A stretch of DNA of 64,000 nucleotides from Planctomycetota bacterium (GTDB lineage: Bacteria > Planctomycetota > Phycisphaerae > Phycisphaerales > SM1A02), in contig VGYQ01000005.1 of NCBI GenBank assembly GCA_016872915.1, positions 171 to 64,170 of the forward strand, written 5' to 3'. The position numbers and the translations under genes were made by a program. The notes under the pieces were generated by a model. It was given only the letters and a program-made list of their open reading frames with translations. It did not search any database and was not told where the DNA came from. Positions 48,613 through 58,893 of the stretch are shown piece after piece; position 1 is the first letter of the stretch, and each line of letters opens with the position of its first letter.

Positions 48613-49699
48613 GCGATCCACACTCTCCGCCTCCATCGGCTGGGGGCTCTTTTGTTCCGCCAGTTGGACTTGGTGCATCGGGATGTTTCTCCCCTTTGTG
48701 ATGCTGGAGCGATATGGGTGGCCCGGCTTCTGGATCTTCTTCGTGCCGAATGTTGTCGGCTGTGCAGGATTCGGATTGCTGCAGTCGACGGAGCGCGTGC
48801 GTGCGCTTCGGGAACGACTGCTGCCGCTGTGCGGTTGGTTCTCACTGGTGACGATCACGTATCAGGCGTTCTTTGCCGGCTGGATGCTGCCGCCGGTCGG
48901 TGGGTTCGCCGTTGTCCTTGCTGGGCTGTTGTGTGCACGACTCCTTCGTGAACAGGCGTGGCTGTGGATCTCCGCGGTGGTTGCGATCGCAACGGCATGT
49001 GCAGTCGCGGCGCATCTGCGCGGCGGTGCGCTGCCGCCGTTGGATGCAAGCGGTTCGCTGCCTACCGGTGATGTGATCGCGCTCGCGCCCGCCGTTGCCC
49101 TTGGCTTCATCGCATGCCCATTTCTCGATCTCACGTTCCACCGCGCGCGTCTGCGCAGTGGTTCTCGCGTGTCTTTCGCGGTTTTTGGCGTGGCGTTCGC
49201 CCTCACACTGCTCGGCATCGCGCTGTGGTGGTCGGATGCGCTGCGCGGACCAGTGCGTGATGGCGCACTCTTGGCACTGTGGTCCGTTCAATTGACGTTC
49301 ACCATTGGCGCCCATGCACGCGAAGGAAGCGCGCCCACCGTCGATGGACTGTCCCGTCCCGCTTCGTTGACGGCTCACTCCGCAGGCTGGGCGGCGCTCA
49401 GCGGTCTCGCCCTGGGGTGGGCGGTTCGGCTTGCACCCGAAGGCATCCCAAACGCAGGGGATTGGACCTACCTGACACTGCTCGGGTTCTACGGACTTGT
49501 CTTTCCCTTCGCCCTGCTGCTGCGCGGGCGCATCCCGGCGGTGGTATTGGCCGCGTTCATCATGGTCGCTGCCCCCTTCTATGCACAGGCGTTCATCGGC
49601 GGCCGTACGGGGTTCCTTTGGGGGCCGATTGTTGCACTTGCTGTCCTGTGGATGGCAACGAGGGACAAGTATGGGACGAAAGGTCTTCCAGCGACATGA
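48605..49699 (+). CDS. Polytopic integral membrane protein (about 10 TM), unknown family
   Basis: Successive hydrophobic helices, Trp-rich (IGWGLFCSASWTWCIGMFLPFVML...). The start overlaps the previous stop by 8 nt. The stop overlaps the next start (ATGA). Confidence 0.6.
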   Translation: MSERSTLSASIGWGLFCSASWTWCIGMFLPFVMLERYGWPGFWIFFVPNVVGCAGFGLLQSTERVRALRERLLPLCGWFSLVTITYQAFFAGWMLPPVGGFAVVLAGLLCARLLREQAWLWISAVVAIATACAVAAHLRGGALPPLDASGSLPTGDVIALAPAVALGFIACPFLDLTFHRARLRSGSRVSFAVFGVAFALTLLGIALWWSDALRGPVRDGALLALWSVQLTFTIGAHAREGSAPTVDGLSRPASLTAHSAGWAALSGLALGWAVRLAPEGIPNAGDWTYLTLLGFYGLVFPFALLLRGRIPAVVLAAFIMVAAPFYAQAFIGGRTGFLWGPIVALAVLWMATRDKYGTKGLPAT

Positions 49700-51180
49700 C
49701 CGACTTCAGCCTCGAACCGATTCGCACCTCCGATTGGAACGCGGCCGCGGCGCGCCATTTGCTGCGGCGTGCAGGCTTCGGCGGTCCACCCGAGCAGGTC
49801 CAGGCGCTTGCAGCCATGAAGCCGGCCAGTGCGGTGGAACTGTTGCTCGACTACGAGCGCACGCCGACTGTGGAGATTCCCGACTCGACCTTTGACAAGG
49901 ACATCCGTCGTCCGCCGACTGCCGAGGAGCGGGAAGTGAGCCAACGCGCACGCCGCATGAAGGATGAGGCCCTTCAACAGCAGTTGCAGCAGATGCGAAA
50001 CGAGAGGGACCGCGAGGACCGTGAACAACTTCGCGAGATCCAACAGTGGTGGCTGCAGCGCATGATCGAGACCGGACGCCCGATGCAGGAGCGCATGACG
50101 CTCTTCTGGCATGGACATTTCGCCACGGGATATCGCGGCGTCGAGAACAGTTACCACATGTTCCTGCAGAACCAGATGCTGCGGCAGCATGCGACAGGCA
50201 ACTTCGCGGACTTGGTGATGCGCATCTTGCGTGATCCTGCGATGCTCAAGTACCTCGACAATGATGAGAGCCGCAAGGGGCGGCCGAACGAGAATCTCGC
50301 ACGCGAACTGATGGAACTGTTCGTACTCGGCGAGGGCAATGGCTACACCGAGGATGACATCAAAGAAGGCGCGCGCGCGCTGACTGGCTACACCTTCGAT
50401 GACGACACCTTCGCGTTTGAGACGAACCGTCACGATGATGGACCGAAGACGATTTTCGGCAGCACTGGAAACTGGAATGGCGATGACTTCGCGCGCATCA
50501 TTCTCTCGCGCAAGGAGCCATCGCTCTACATCTGCGCCAAGCTGTACCGCGCGCTGGTGAACGATGCGCCGGGCATACCAGGCCGCAACGAAATGCGCGT
50601 GGTGGATGCGCTGGCGAAGAAGATGCGCGAGGGACAGTACGACCTCAAGCCGGTCCTGCGGACATTGCTGCTGAGCAGGCATTTCTACGACCCTGCCAAT
50701 CGCGCGAGCATGATCAAGTCGCCCGTGCAACTGGTTGTTGGTGCCACCCGCGAACTGGGCGTACCTGTGCGCAACATGAGCACCGTGAACGCTGCCACAG
50801 ACCTCATGGGGCAGAGCCTGTTCATGCCGCCGAGCGTGAAGGGCTGGGACGGCGGTCAACTCTGGATCAACACCTCCACGCTCTTTGTTCGGCAGAACCT
50901 GCTCGTGTATCTGATCACGGGCGCGGGTCCGGAGGGTGGCGCTGATCTTGGATCGTGGGATCCCGCACCGATCCGCGCCGCGCTCGATTCCGCGACGGCG
51001 GGCGACGCATCACGCGACGCGGACGCGCTGCTCGATCTGGTGCTCGCCTGCGACGCGACACCCGAACGCCGAAAACAGTTCCGCAGCGCCATGGAGGCGC
51101 TCGGTGGTCCGCTCGAGGGGCGTCGCCTCGTGCGCGCACTCTGTCTTGTCACCGCACTGCCCGAGTATCAGCTCTGTTGA
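49696..51180 (+). CDS. DUF1800 family protein
   Basis: ARHLLRRAGFGGPPEQV and MTLFWHGHFAT are hallmark DUF1800 motifs. ATGA overlap with the upstream gene. Confidence 0.8.
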   Translation: MTDFSLEPIRTSDWNAAAARHLLRRAGFGGPPEQVQALAAMKPASAVELLLDYERTPTVEIPDSTFDKDIRRPPTAEEREVSQRARRMKDEALQQQLQQMRNERDREDREQLREIQQWWLQRMIETGRPMQERMTLFWHGHFATGYRGVENSYHMFLQNQMLRQHATGNFADLVMRILRDPAMLKYLDNDESRKGRPNENLARELMELFVLGEGNGYTEDDIKEGARALTGYTFDDDTFAFETNRHDDGPKTIFGSTGNWNGDDFARIILSRKEPSLYICAKLYRALVNDAPGIPGRNEMRVVDALAKKMREGQYDLKPVLRTLLLSRHFYDPANRASMIKSPVQLVVGATRELGVPVRNMSTVNAATDLMGQSLFMPPSVKGWDGGQLWINTSTLFVRQNLLVYLITGAGPEGGADLGSWDPAPIRAALDSATAGDASRDADALLDLVLACDATPERRKQFRSAMEALGGPLEGRRLVRALCLVTALPEYQLC

Positions 51181-51215
51181 GTTCACGCAGAAGCCGCACT
51201 ATCAGGAGTCGCCGT

Positions 51216-52505
51216 ATGGAACACACCCCCTTCTCGCGCCGCATCTTCCTGCAGCAGGGCGTCACGCTCGCCTCGCTCACATCGACGCTGCCGTGGTTCA
51301 TCCAGCAGTCCGCGATGGCAATGCTCTCGCCAGATCCGCGCCTGTCCAGCCGTCCGGGTGAGCCTGAGGATCGCATACTGGTTGTCGTGCAACTCAGCGG
51401 CGGGAACGATGGACTGAACACTGTGGTGCCGTATGGCTCGGATGCGTACCACCGCGCTCGCCCCTCGCTGGCGATCGGCACACCGACCACGAAGGACGGG
51501 GCACTGCAGTTGGACGACACGCAAGGCATTGGTCTGCATCCGCGACTTGAGGGCTTCCGCGATCTGCTCGACAGCGGCTGCCTTGCCGTGGTGCAAGGCG
51601 TTGGCTACCCCAACCCGAACCGGTCGCACTTCGCCTCCATGGATATCTGGCACACGGGCAAGCCAGGCGGACGCGACCACGGTTGGATCGGCCGCTACAT
51701 CGACTGCTCATGCAGCGGGTCACCCGCCGCCGACGCCGAAGTGGCGATCGGTCGCAGTGCGCCGCTTGCAATGATGGGCGCGAAGGCCAATCCCGTGTCA
51801 TTCGAGAATGCTCGCCTCTATCAGTGGAGCGGCAAGGAACTGCCCGGAGGCTTGACGGCCAGCTACGACGCCGCAAACCGAGCCGGCGCGCTCGATGGCA
51901 TCGACCCAGGTTCGCAGGCTGCATTCCTGATGCGCACCGCTCTGGATGCGCAACTGTCGAGCGACCGTGTGCGCGCAGCGATCGCCAAGTCGCCGCTGGT
52001 GAACTACCCAGGGACAAAGCTGGCCGGGCAGATGCAGTCGATCGGCGCGATGATCCGAGACGGTATGAAGACCCGCGTGTACTACGCGTCGATCAACGGC
52101 TTCGATACGCATGGCGGGCAGGCCGGCACGCACGGCAACCTGATGCGCGAAGTGGGCGAGGCAATGCGCGCGTTCCAGAATGACATGAAAGCCCAGGGCA
52201 ATCAGGATCGTGTGATGACAATGGTCTTCAGCGAGTTCGGCAGAAGGGTTGCCCAGAATGCATCCGGCGGAACGGATCATGGCACGGCGGCACCGATGTT
52301 CCTCATCGGCACGCAGGTGCAGGCGGGCGTTCATGGAACACATCCGTCGCTGACCAACCTCGATGACGGCGACCTCCGATTCACCACGGACTTCCGCAGC
52401 GTGTACGCGACACTGATGGACCGCTGGCTGAGTGCGCCCGGAAAGGGCTGTGCCGCCAAGGTGCTTGGTGGTCGCTATGACACGCTGAAGATTCTGCGCA
52501 CCTGA
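51216..52505 (+). CDS. DUF1501 family protein (sulfatase/alkaline-phosphatase-like), Tat signal
   Basis: Twin-arginine motif FSRRIFLQQG. VVQLSGGNDGLNTVVPY, GYPNPNRSHF and GGTDHGTAAPMFLIG are typical of DUF1501. AGGAG RBS at 51204-51208. Confidence 0.82.
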   Translation: MEHTPFSRRIFLQQGVTLASLTSTLPWFIQQSAMAMLSPDPRLSSRPGEPEDRILVVVQLSGGNDGLNTVVPYGSDAYHRARPSLAIGTPTTKDGALQLDDTQGIGLHPRLEGFRDLLDSGCLAVVQGVGYPNPNRSHFASMDIWHTGKPGGRDHGWIGRYIDCSCSGSPAADAEVAIGRSAPLAMMGAKANPVSFENARLYQWSGKELPGGLTASYDAANRAGALDGIDPGSQAAFLMRTALDAQLSSDRVRAAIAKSPLVNYPGTKLAGQMQSIGAMIRDGMKTRVYYASINGFDTHGGQAGTHGNLMREVGEAMRAFQNDMKAQGNQDRVMTMVFSEFGRRVAQNASGGTDHGTAAPMFLIGTQVQAGVHGTHPSLTNLDDGDLRFTTDFRSVYATLMDRWLSAPGKGCAAKVLGGRYDTLKILRT

Positions 52506-52551
52506 TCGCCGTCCGCGGTGCGCCGCGCGTCGTGCAGGATCAACGGCAGAT

Positions 52552-54591
52552 TCAACCCTCGTTTTCAGAGTCGTGTTGCAACTCGTCAGGGTCGAAGGGA
52601 ATCTCCTCGCCATCCGCACCCATGATGCGGATATCGATGCCGCTCGGCAGCGCCTGAATGAACTGGGATCCATAGGACTTGCGCACGATGCGCGGATCGA
52701 GCACAACCACCCGTCCCGTATCGGTTGCGGAACGGATGAGCCGACCGAACCCCTGCCGAAATCGCAGAATCGCGCGGGGGAGCGAGTCTTCGGCGAACGC
52801 GTTTCCGCCGCGTGCGCGGATCGCCTCGCACCGCGCCTGCACGAGCGGCGCATCGGGAACCTCGAAGGGCAGCCGTGTGATGATGACATTCCGAAGTGCA
52901 TCGCCCCGCACATCGATCCCCTGCCAGAAACTGGCGACGCCAAACAGCACGCTGCGGTTGCTCTCCCGGAAGCGTTTCAGCAGCAGTGCGTTCGGTACGC
53001 CTGCGCCCTGTGCGTGCACGGGAAAGTTGTGCATCGACATCCACGGCTCCGTGCGTTGAACCAGTTCCTGCAGCGCGCGGAAGCTGGTGCACAAGATGAA
53101 CGCACCGCCACCTGTCTCGGCGACATGCCATTCAATGCGTGCCGCGAGAGCCGCAAGATGTGACTCCTCGCGGGGATCGGGCAACTCCGATTCGATGTAC
53201 AGGCGTACTTGCCGCGCGTAGTCGAAGGGGCTCCCGAGCGTGAGTACTTCAGGGTCCTGCATCCCAAGCGCGCGGGCCGATGCGCTGCAATCGCCGCGAA
53301 CCGTGGCAAGCGTGCCTGAAGTCAGCACTACGGAAACGTCCTGCCCGAAGAGGTGCTCCCCCAGCACAGGAGCGACATCCACGACCGCCGCAGTGAGCGT
53401 GATATCGGGGCGTGCAGCTGAGCGTCCGCGGCGCTTTGCCGCCGTCGACATCCAATAGACGCAGCCGCGAAGCGACTGCGACACCAACGCGTTACATGCA
53501 GCGGCCATGGATGCAGCGCGCTGAGCAAGCCCACTGATCTCCTGCGCTGCGGAATCGTCGCCTGCGCGCTCGCGTACCAATTGCAGAGTTGCAGCGAGTT
53601 CCTGCAAAGGCACCGTGAGCCGATCCTCGATGGCATGCGGCGCTCGGATACGACACTCACCTTCGCCCGGTTGGCTGCCCCGCCATTGCCACCATGCACC
53701 GAAGAACGCCTGGGCTGCGGTCCGCGCCACTTCGACATGACGCGCGGCGGATCGCAGCAATTCGTCACCGCCATCGCGCAGCGTGATCTGCCCAAGAACT
53801 CCGCGTGCAACGACAGGATTCCACAACGTTCGAAGCAGTGCTGCCACTGCCGTCTCCGAGAGCGATCCACCAAAGTGATCGGCGGCAATCTCCTCGATCG
53901 CGTGCGCCTCATCGAGAATGACATGCTGGTAAGGCGGCAAGAATCCGCGCCCGCTGCCCGCGCGGAGTGCGAGATCACTGAAGAAGAGCGCATGATTGCA
54001 GACCAGCAGATCACCCCCCTCCATGCGGCGGCGTGCACGCTGATAGAAGCACTCCTCATAGGTCGGACAGCGACGCCCCATGCAATTCCCCGCGTCGGAC
54101 TGCACCTGTTCCCAGACGCCGTGGGGCGGAAGGACCGGGAGTGACGCCGTGCTGCCATCCACAGTGTCTTGCGCCCACGACTCCACCGCCGCGAGTGCAT
54201 GACGATCATCCTCCACTGGCAGAAGACGCTCCTGACGCTGGACCGCCATGCGAAGCCGCCGCAGCGACACATAATTGCTCCGCCCCTTCACAAGCACCGT
54301 CGAAAACTCCTCGGGCAGCACCGCCTGCAGCAGCGGAATGTCCTTGTCCACGAGTTGCTCCTGAAGCGCGATGGTGTTCGTGCAGATGAGAACACGCTCG
54401 CGCTGCTGCACAACGCGCGCAATGGCCGGAACGAGATAGGCGAAGCTCTTTCCGACTCCCGTTCCTGCCTCGACCATCAGACGCCCTTTGCGCTCGAGGC
54501 AGCGCTCGATTGCAGCCGCCATCTCGATCTGCTGCGGTCGCTGCTCAAAACCTCCAAGGCGCCGTGCGAGCGGGCCCGTGTCGGAGAGCAT
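52552..54591 (-). CDS. dinG: ATP-dependent DNA helicase, DinG/XPD-like (Fe-S cluster type)
   Basis: Walker A EAGTGVGKSFAYLVPA, DEAH box ILDEAHAIE, Cys cluster NCMGRRCPTYEECFY, C-terminal helicase motifs (FGVASFWQGIDV). Alternative upstream start at 54663. Confidence 0.8.
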   Translation of the reverse strand: MLSDTGPLARRLGGFEQRPQQIEMAAAIERCLERKGRLMVEAGTGVGKSFAYLVPAIARVVQQRERVLICTNTIALQEQLVDKDIPLLQAVLPEEFSTVLVKGRSNYVSLRRLRMAVQRQERLLPVEDDRHALAAVESWAQDTVDGSTASLPVLPPHGVWEQVQSDAGNCMGRRCPTYEECFYQRARRRMEGGDLLVCNHALFFSDLALRAGSGRGFLPPYQHVILDEAHAIEEIAADHFGGSLSETAVAALLRTLWNPVVARGVLGQITLRDGGDELLRSAARHVEVARTAAQAFFGAWWQWRGSQPGEGECRIRAPHAIEDRLTVPLQELAATLQLVRERAGDDSAAQEISGLAQRAASMAAACNALVSQSLRGCVYWMSTAAKRRGRSAARPDITLTAAVVDVAPVLGEHLFGQDVSVVLTSGTLATVRGDCSASARALGMQDPEVLTLGSPFDYARQVRLYIESELPDPREESHLAALAARIEWHVAETGGGAFILCTSFRALQELVQRTEPWMSMHNFPVHAQGAGVPNALLLKRFRESNRSVLFGVASFWQGIDVRGDALRNVIITRLPFEVPDAPLVQARCEAIRARGGNAFAEDSLPRAILRFRQGFGRLIRSATDTGRVVVLDPRIVRKSYGSQFIQALPSGIDIRIMGADGEEIPFDPDELQHDSENEG

Positions 54592-54646
54592 CAGTGCTGT
54601 CTGCGGATTCAGTCCCACGAAGTCTCCCACCCCTGCGCTTGCTCCA

Positions 54647-56893
54647 TCAGCCCCACGACGCAAGCAACAGCGTCAAATCCGGGCCGCCAACCGTTCCATC
54701 TGAATTGATATCCGCGTTGCCGCTCGATCCCCACTGCGACAGCAGCACCGCAAGATCGATGCCATCCACTGACCCACTGTTGTCAAAGTCCGCGGGCGCG
54801 AAGAGGCAGCCCAGGCGAACAAGTTGCACGTCGTCGACAGCCGCCTCGACAAGCGATCCCGCACCGAGATCCTGCGCCAGGAATCGCACGGCGACCGGCG
54901 ATCCGATCGGCACGACCCCATTCAGCGGGAGTCGCATTTCACGCCACGCCGTTTGGCTCGATGAAATTGTTGCGATGGTCGTCCACACGCCGCCACTCCC
55001 CTGAACTTGCACGGGCATCTCATCCTGATTCGGACTCGCGCCGAGATTGTTTGAGTACCAGTACCAGAAGCGAAGTTCCATCGCCGCAGTCATCGTTCCA
55101 AGCGAAGGAGACTGCAGCGTGGTGGTACCACCGTCCACATCGGCTGCGCCTGCTCCGCCACCCACGACACCTTGCCCCGTGAAGGCACACTGCGTGCCGG
55201 GCGCAGGTGAGTGATCATCTTCGGCCTGCGCGCTGGTGGCGATCGGATCACCCTGCGTCCACACGCCACCTGTCGCGGTATCGCCTGAAATACCAAATGA
55301 CCAGCCGGGCGCCGATTCGAAATCCACACTGGTCAGGACGACTTCGGAAGCCGCCACCGACTGAAAAGGCTGCTCGACTCCATTCGATGGCCACACCGCA
55401 TCGACTGGGATGCCCACTGCAAGAAGATGCCACGACACGCTCGTTCCACACGGGAAAGCAGGGAGCGAGGCTGCAAACAGATTGTTGCCGAGCGATGACA
55501 TCACGACATTGTTCCACGCGCCAGAGCCAACGCGCCAGCGAAGGACCCGTGCGGAGACGGATCCGGCAAGCGATGGGCGAATCTTGGCGGTGATAGTCGT
55601 GGGCGTTCCGGCAACGATGGTCGGTGGCGCAACCTGCGGCACGATGGCGGCAGCTCGTGTGGTGCGGTCAAGAAACACCAGTGTGGCAGCGAAGTTCTCT
55701 CGTGCGCACGGCAGGATTTCGCTCGGTGGCATCACGAAACCGTAGCCGCCCGTGTCCCGCACTTCGGTGGTCCATGCGAGTGCCGCGCGACTTCCATAGA
55801 CCCAGTCCACCGATCCACCACTGGCGAGATAGAGCGTGGTGCCAGCGGGACCGACGGTGTAGTTCAGACCACCGCTTTGGGTGATCGCGCTGCTCATATC
55901 GGATCCGATGGACTGAAAGACATCGGCGTCTGCCGAGAAATCCGTGGTGTACGCCCACGGCGAGAGCACCAACTGCGAATACGCGTGGATATCAATGTTG
56001 GAGACGATGTTGGGTCGGGCTTCGAAGAACGTGCGCATCGCCTGTGTCTCCGGCTCACTGAATGCGTCGGGGCCGCGGTAGGTTTCACTCGAGGGATTGC
56101 TGCTCGCACCCGCCCCACCCCACTGGTAGCCCCAGTTTCGGTTGGGGTCGACGCCGAAAGTGCCATCACCATTGTTGCGGCGATTCTTGCGCCACAATCG
56201 GTTGGCCGTGTCCGCCCAGGTGAACACATACCCGTCCACGTTCACAACGGGGATGACCAGCACTTCCGTGCGCGCGAGAATCTGCGCCACGACCGGATCG
56301 CTGTCCGCAGTCTCCACGAGCCGATCCGCCATGTACATGCATGTCATGGTCGCGCCCCATTCGCGTGCATGTTGAGTGCCGTTGAGAACCACCGCAGGAG
56401 CGACGGTGCCAACGGGAAGTGCACTGATGCGGATGCCGCGGATGACTCGCCCTTCGATGGAGGTTCCGACGGTGAACAGGGATGCTCGGTCAGGACGAAG
56501 CGCCACGAGCGCCTCCAGGCGCGCCTCGATGGCCGCCAAGTTCTTGAAGTCACTGAACCACGCATCGTCGGCGACGCCGCCCTCTTGAGGCGGGCGAGAA
56601 AGCCGATCATGCTCTGCCCGCACAAGCGACTCGACATCCTCGATAAAAACGCACCACTTCAGGTTCGTTCGTCCGAGCGCCTCGCGTTGTTCGGGAGTCA
56701 CCAGATACTCCGCGCATCCGCCATAAATCCCGTGGGACCACATGTCGTCGCTGAGCGACTCCATGGTGCGCACATCGCGGATCGAATCGAGCCACACCCG
56801 CACGACCGAGTCAGCACAAACAGCCGGGGTGCAGAGGAACCCACACAGCAGACCTGCGGCCATCTCGCGTGCGCGGCGTTTCGCCATGTGCAT
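54647..56893 (-). CDS. Secreted M14 zinc carboxypeptidase with C-terminal beta-rich domains and dockerin-like tail
   Basis: Signal peptide MAAGLLCGFLCTPAVCA. M14 motifs NGTQHAREWG, PVVNVDGY, DIHAYSQLVLSPW. C-terminus DFDNSGSVDGIDLAVLLSQWG...DINSDGTVGGPDLTLLLASWG. Confidence 0.82.
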   Translation of the reverse strand: MHMAKRRAREMAAGLLCGFLCTPAVCADSVVRVWLDSIRDVRTMESLSDDMWSHGIYGGCAEYLVTPEQREALGRTNLKWCVFIEDVESLVRAEHDRLSRPPQEGGVADDAWFSDFKNLAAIEARLEALVALRPDRASLFTVGTSIEGRVIRGIRISALPVGTVAPAVVLNGTQHAREWGATMTCMYMADRLVETADSDPVVAQILARTEVLVIPVVNVDGYVFTWADTANRLWRKNRRNNGDGTFGVDPNRNWGYQWGGAGASSNPSSETYRGPDAFSEPETQAMRTFFEARPNIVSNIDIHAYSQLVLSPWAYTTDFSADADVFQSIGSDMSSAITQSGGLNYTVGPAGTTLYLASGGSVDWVYGSRAALAWTTEVRDTGGYGFVMPPSEILPCARENFAATLVFLDRTTRAAAIVPQVAPPTIVAGTPTTITAKIRPSLAGSVSARVLRWRVGSGAWNNVVMSSLGNNLFAASLPAFPCGTSVSWHLLAVGIPVDAVWPSNGVEQPFQSVAASEVVLTSVDFESAPGWSFGISGDTATGGVWTQGDPIATSAQAEDDHSPAPGTQCAFTGQGVVGGGAGAADVDGGTTTLQSPSLGTMTAAMELRFWYWYSNNLGASPNQDEMPVQVQGSGGVWTTIATISSSQTAWREMRLPLNGVVPIGSPVAVRFLAQDLGAGSLVEAAVDDVQLVRLGCLFAPADFDNSGSVDGIDLAVLLSQWGSSGNADINSDGTVGGPDLTLLLASWG

Positions 56894-56905
56894 AGGCTAT
56901 GGCCG

Positions 56906-57931
56906 ATGCGGCGCAGTTCCACTCAGAGATCCGACTTTCTGGATCTGTTTTTGCGAGGCGCGGCATGGAGGGTTGGAATCCGCGGACGCTGGACGATCCT
57001 CGTGGTTGGTCTCGCTGCACTGATGGGCGGTTGCAAGGCGACCCCGACTCCGCGTGAGGCGTTCGATGCCGCCCGCGCACCGCAGGCCTGTCCCACTTTT
57101 GACGCAACTGGCTCACGGATCACATGGGATGAACTGCTGCTTCGTGTGCGCGCGGCGGATGCGGTCTTCGTGGGAGAGACGCATGATGATGCGGTCGCGC
57201 ACAAGGCGCAGCATGCGCTGGTCGCCGCCTTCCTGGGTGCGCATCCGGGCGGTGCGGTCGGACTGGAGATGCTCGAGCGCGACGATCAGGAGGAAGTCGA
57301 TGCCTATCTCGCGGGACGAATGGCCCTCGACGATTTCATCGACACCACGAAGTCGCGCGACTGGGCGGGCAAGGATTCATGGCTGCCTTGGTACCAACCT
57401 TCGATAGACGCTGCGCGGATGTGCGGCGGAACGGTCATTGCGGCAAACGCGCCACGAAAGTACGTATCACAGGCGTTCCGCGACGGCACCGATGGACTGC
57501 TGGCCCTGCCGCCCGAGGAGCGGGCACTCTTCGATGCGGACAGTGCCATCACGCGCGATGGAGACTGGGATCGCCTACGCGAACTGATGATCGAAATGCG
57601 GGCGGACGCTTCCACGGATGAAGATGCGCACGCCGAGCCACCGACGGATGCGGAGGTCGACGCCGTGCACCGATCGCAGCGTGTGTGGGACCTGACGATG
57701 GCAATGTCGCTTGCGCGCGCATGGAAATCGGGGACGCCCTTCATCCATCTCGTGGGCGCGTTCCACGTTCAGCGGCGGCTTGGTACGGCAGCCATTTTCA
57801 TGCAGCTCTGCCCAGACGCACGCGTCTTGGTGATCCAACTTGATCCCGGCGACACACTGCCTCCAGACTCGGACTGGAATGCAGGCGCCGATGCCACGGT
57901 CATGACACACGCGTCGGCGGTGGATCAGTAG
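56906..57931 (+). CDS. ChaN-family (DUF399, haem-binding-uptake/Tiki-like) lipoprotein
   Basis: Lipobox LAALMGGC. VFVGETHDDAVAHKAQHAL and GLEMLERDDQEEVDAYLAG match the ChaN/Cofac_haem_bdg pattern. The part of the ORF-track entry upstream of 56906 is antisense to the M14 gene. Confidence 0.7.
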   Translation: MRRSSTQRSDFLDLFLRGAAWRVGIRGRWTILVVGLAALMGGCKATPTPREAFDAARAPQACPTFDATGSRITWDELLLRVRAADAVFVGETHDDAVAHKAQHALVAAFLGAHPGGAVGLEMLERDDQEEVDAYLAGRMALDDFIDTTKSRDWAGKDSWLPWYQPSIDAARMCGGTVIAANAPRKYVSQAFRDGTDGLLALPPEERALFDADSAITRDGDWDRLRELMIEMRADASTDEDAHAEPPTDAEVDAVHRSQRVWDLTMAMSLARAWKSGTPFIHLVGAFHVQRRLGTAAIFMQLCPDARVLVIQLDPGDTLPPDSDWNAGADATVMTHASAVDQ

Positions 57932-58311
57932 CCGACGACTTTGTTGAGCGACTCGCGCGAATCAACAATCGTGAAAAGCTTGTCGATCTTCATCATCGTC
58001 AACAGAGTGCGCAGTTCCTTGTTTGCACCGTAGAGCACGGGCTTCGCACCAAGCGCCGCCGCACCGTTGCGGCAGTTGATGCAGGTACCGATACCCATGC
58101 TGCTCATGAACTGCACCGCGGAGAGATCAAGCACCATGAACTTCATCGCCTTGCCGGCACCCTTCATGATTGGATCGAGATCTTGCGCCACGAGGGGCGC
58201 CTCACGCTGACCGATGTTGGGACCAGCGGGTCGTGCAATGAGCACGCTGCCATCCCAGATGGTTTCCAGCAGCTGAGTCTTTTTCACGGTGGGTTCTTGA
58301 CGGGTGGTCAT
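57925..58311 (-). CDS. STAS-domain protein (anti-sigma-factor antagonist type)
   Basis: SpoIIAA-like layout: VLDLSAVQFMSSMGIGTCI and LRTLLTMMKIDKLFTI. GGAG lies 8 nt upstream of the ATG. Confidence 0.7.
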   Translation of the reverse strand: MTTRQEPTVKKTQLLETIWDGSVLIARPAGPNIGQREAPLVAQDLDPIMKGAGKAMKFMVLDLSAVQFMSSMGIGTCINCRNGAAALGAKPVLYGANKELRTLLTMMKIDKLFTIVDSRESLNKVVGY

Positions 58312-58371
58312 GGCGTATCTCCGTTCGGTGGGGAGGTGCAGAGTCTATCGGTTTCCGGCGCGGCGGCGAAT

Positions 58372-58893
58372 TCACTCACGGATGCCGATTGCCCGCGGAT
58401 CCACCAGCGCCAGCAGCGTGGCGCTGCCGTACAGCCCGGGAACATCCCCAGCACCACGCAGTGTCATGGCAACATCAAGTACGGCGACGGCGCCCTTTCG
58501 CATCACAACACTCGGCAGGTCCGTGCCAATGAGGTGGCTCACCAATTCACTGAGCGTCGGTTCATGTCCGACAACCGCAAGCGAATCACCTGCGTGCTCC
58601 AGAATCGCCTGTTCGACCGCCGCGATGCCGCCCGCATGGTCCGCTTCGAGCATCTCGCAGCGCTGGGCCTTCGGCCACTTCGCCTCGTCGCGCAAAATAC
58701 GGGCCGTCTGCCAAGCGCGTTCGAATCGACTGGCAAGGACGACCGCCGGTGCGTCCCACGCGCGCTCGAGACGCCGAGCAAGACGCGTGAACTCATCGAT
58801 CCCTTGCTTCGTCAGCGGTCGCTGCGAGTCATTCGGGAATTGCGCATCGGAACGCTCCTCGGCACGCGCATGACGAACAACAAAGAGTCGCAT
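58372..58893 (-). CDS. sixA: Phosphohistidine phosphatase SixA-like (histidine phosphatase superfamily)
   Basis: MRLFVVRHARAE (RHG/RHA motif) and VVGHEPTLSEL. The ORF-track N-terminal extension is antisense to hutI and was trimmed. Confidence 0.75.
   Translation of the reverse strand: MRLFVVRHARAEERSDAQFPNDSQRPLTKQGIDEFTRLARRLERAWDAPAVVLASRFERAWQTARILRDEAKWPKAQRCEMLEADHAGGIAAVEQAILEHAGDSLAVVGHEPTLSELVSHLIGTDLPSVVMRKGAVAVLDVAMTLRGAGDVPGLYGSATLLALVDPRAIGIRE

Noticed and set aside
49579-50859. 426-aa ORF on the minus strand
   Set aside because: It is antisense to the DUF1800 gene, which carries hallmark motifs. No independent support.
51798-52943. 381-aa ORF on the minus strand
   Set aside because: It overlaps the DUF1501 gene antisense and the dinG 3' end out of frame. 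No motifs.
55877-56905. N-terminal 343 aa of the 684-aa plus-strand ORF 55877..57931
   Set aside because: This part is antisense to the M14 carboxypeptidase. The ChaN-like homology and a lipoprotein signal begin at the ATG at 56906.
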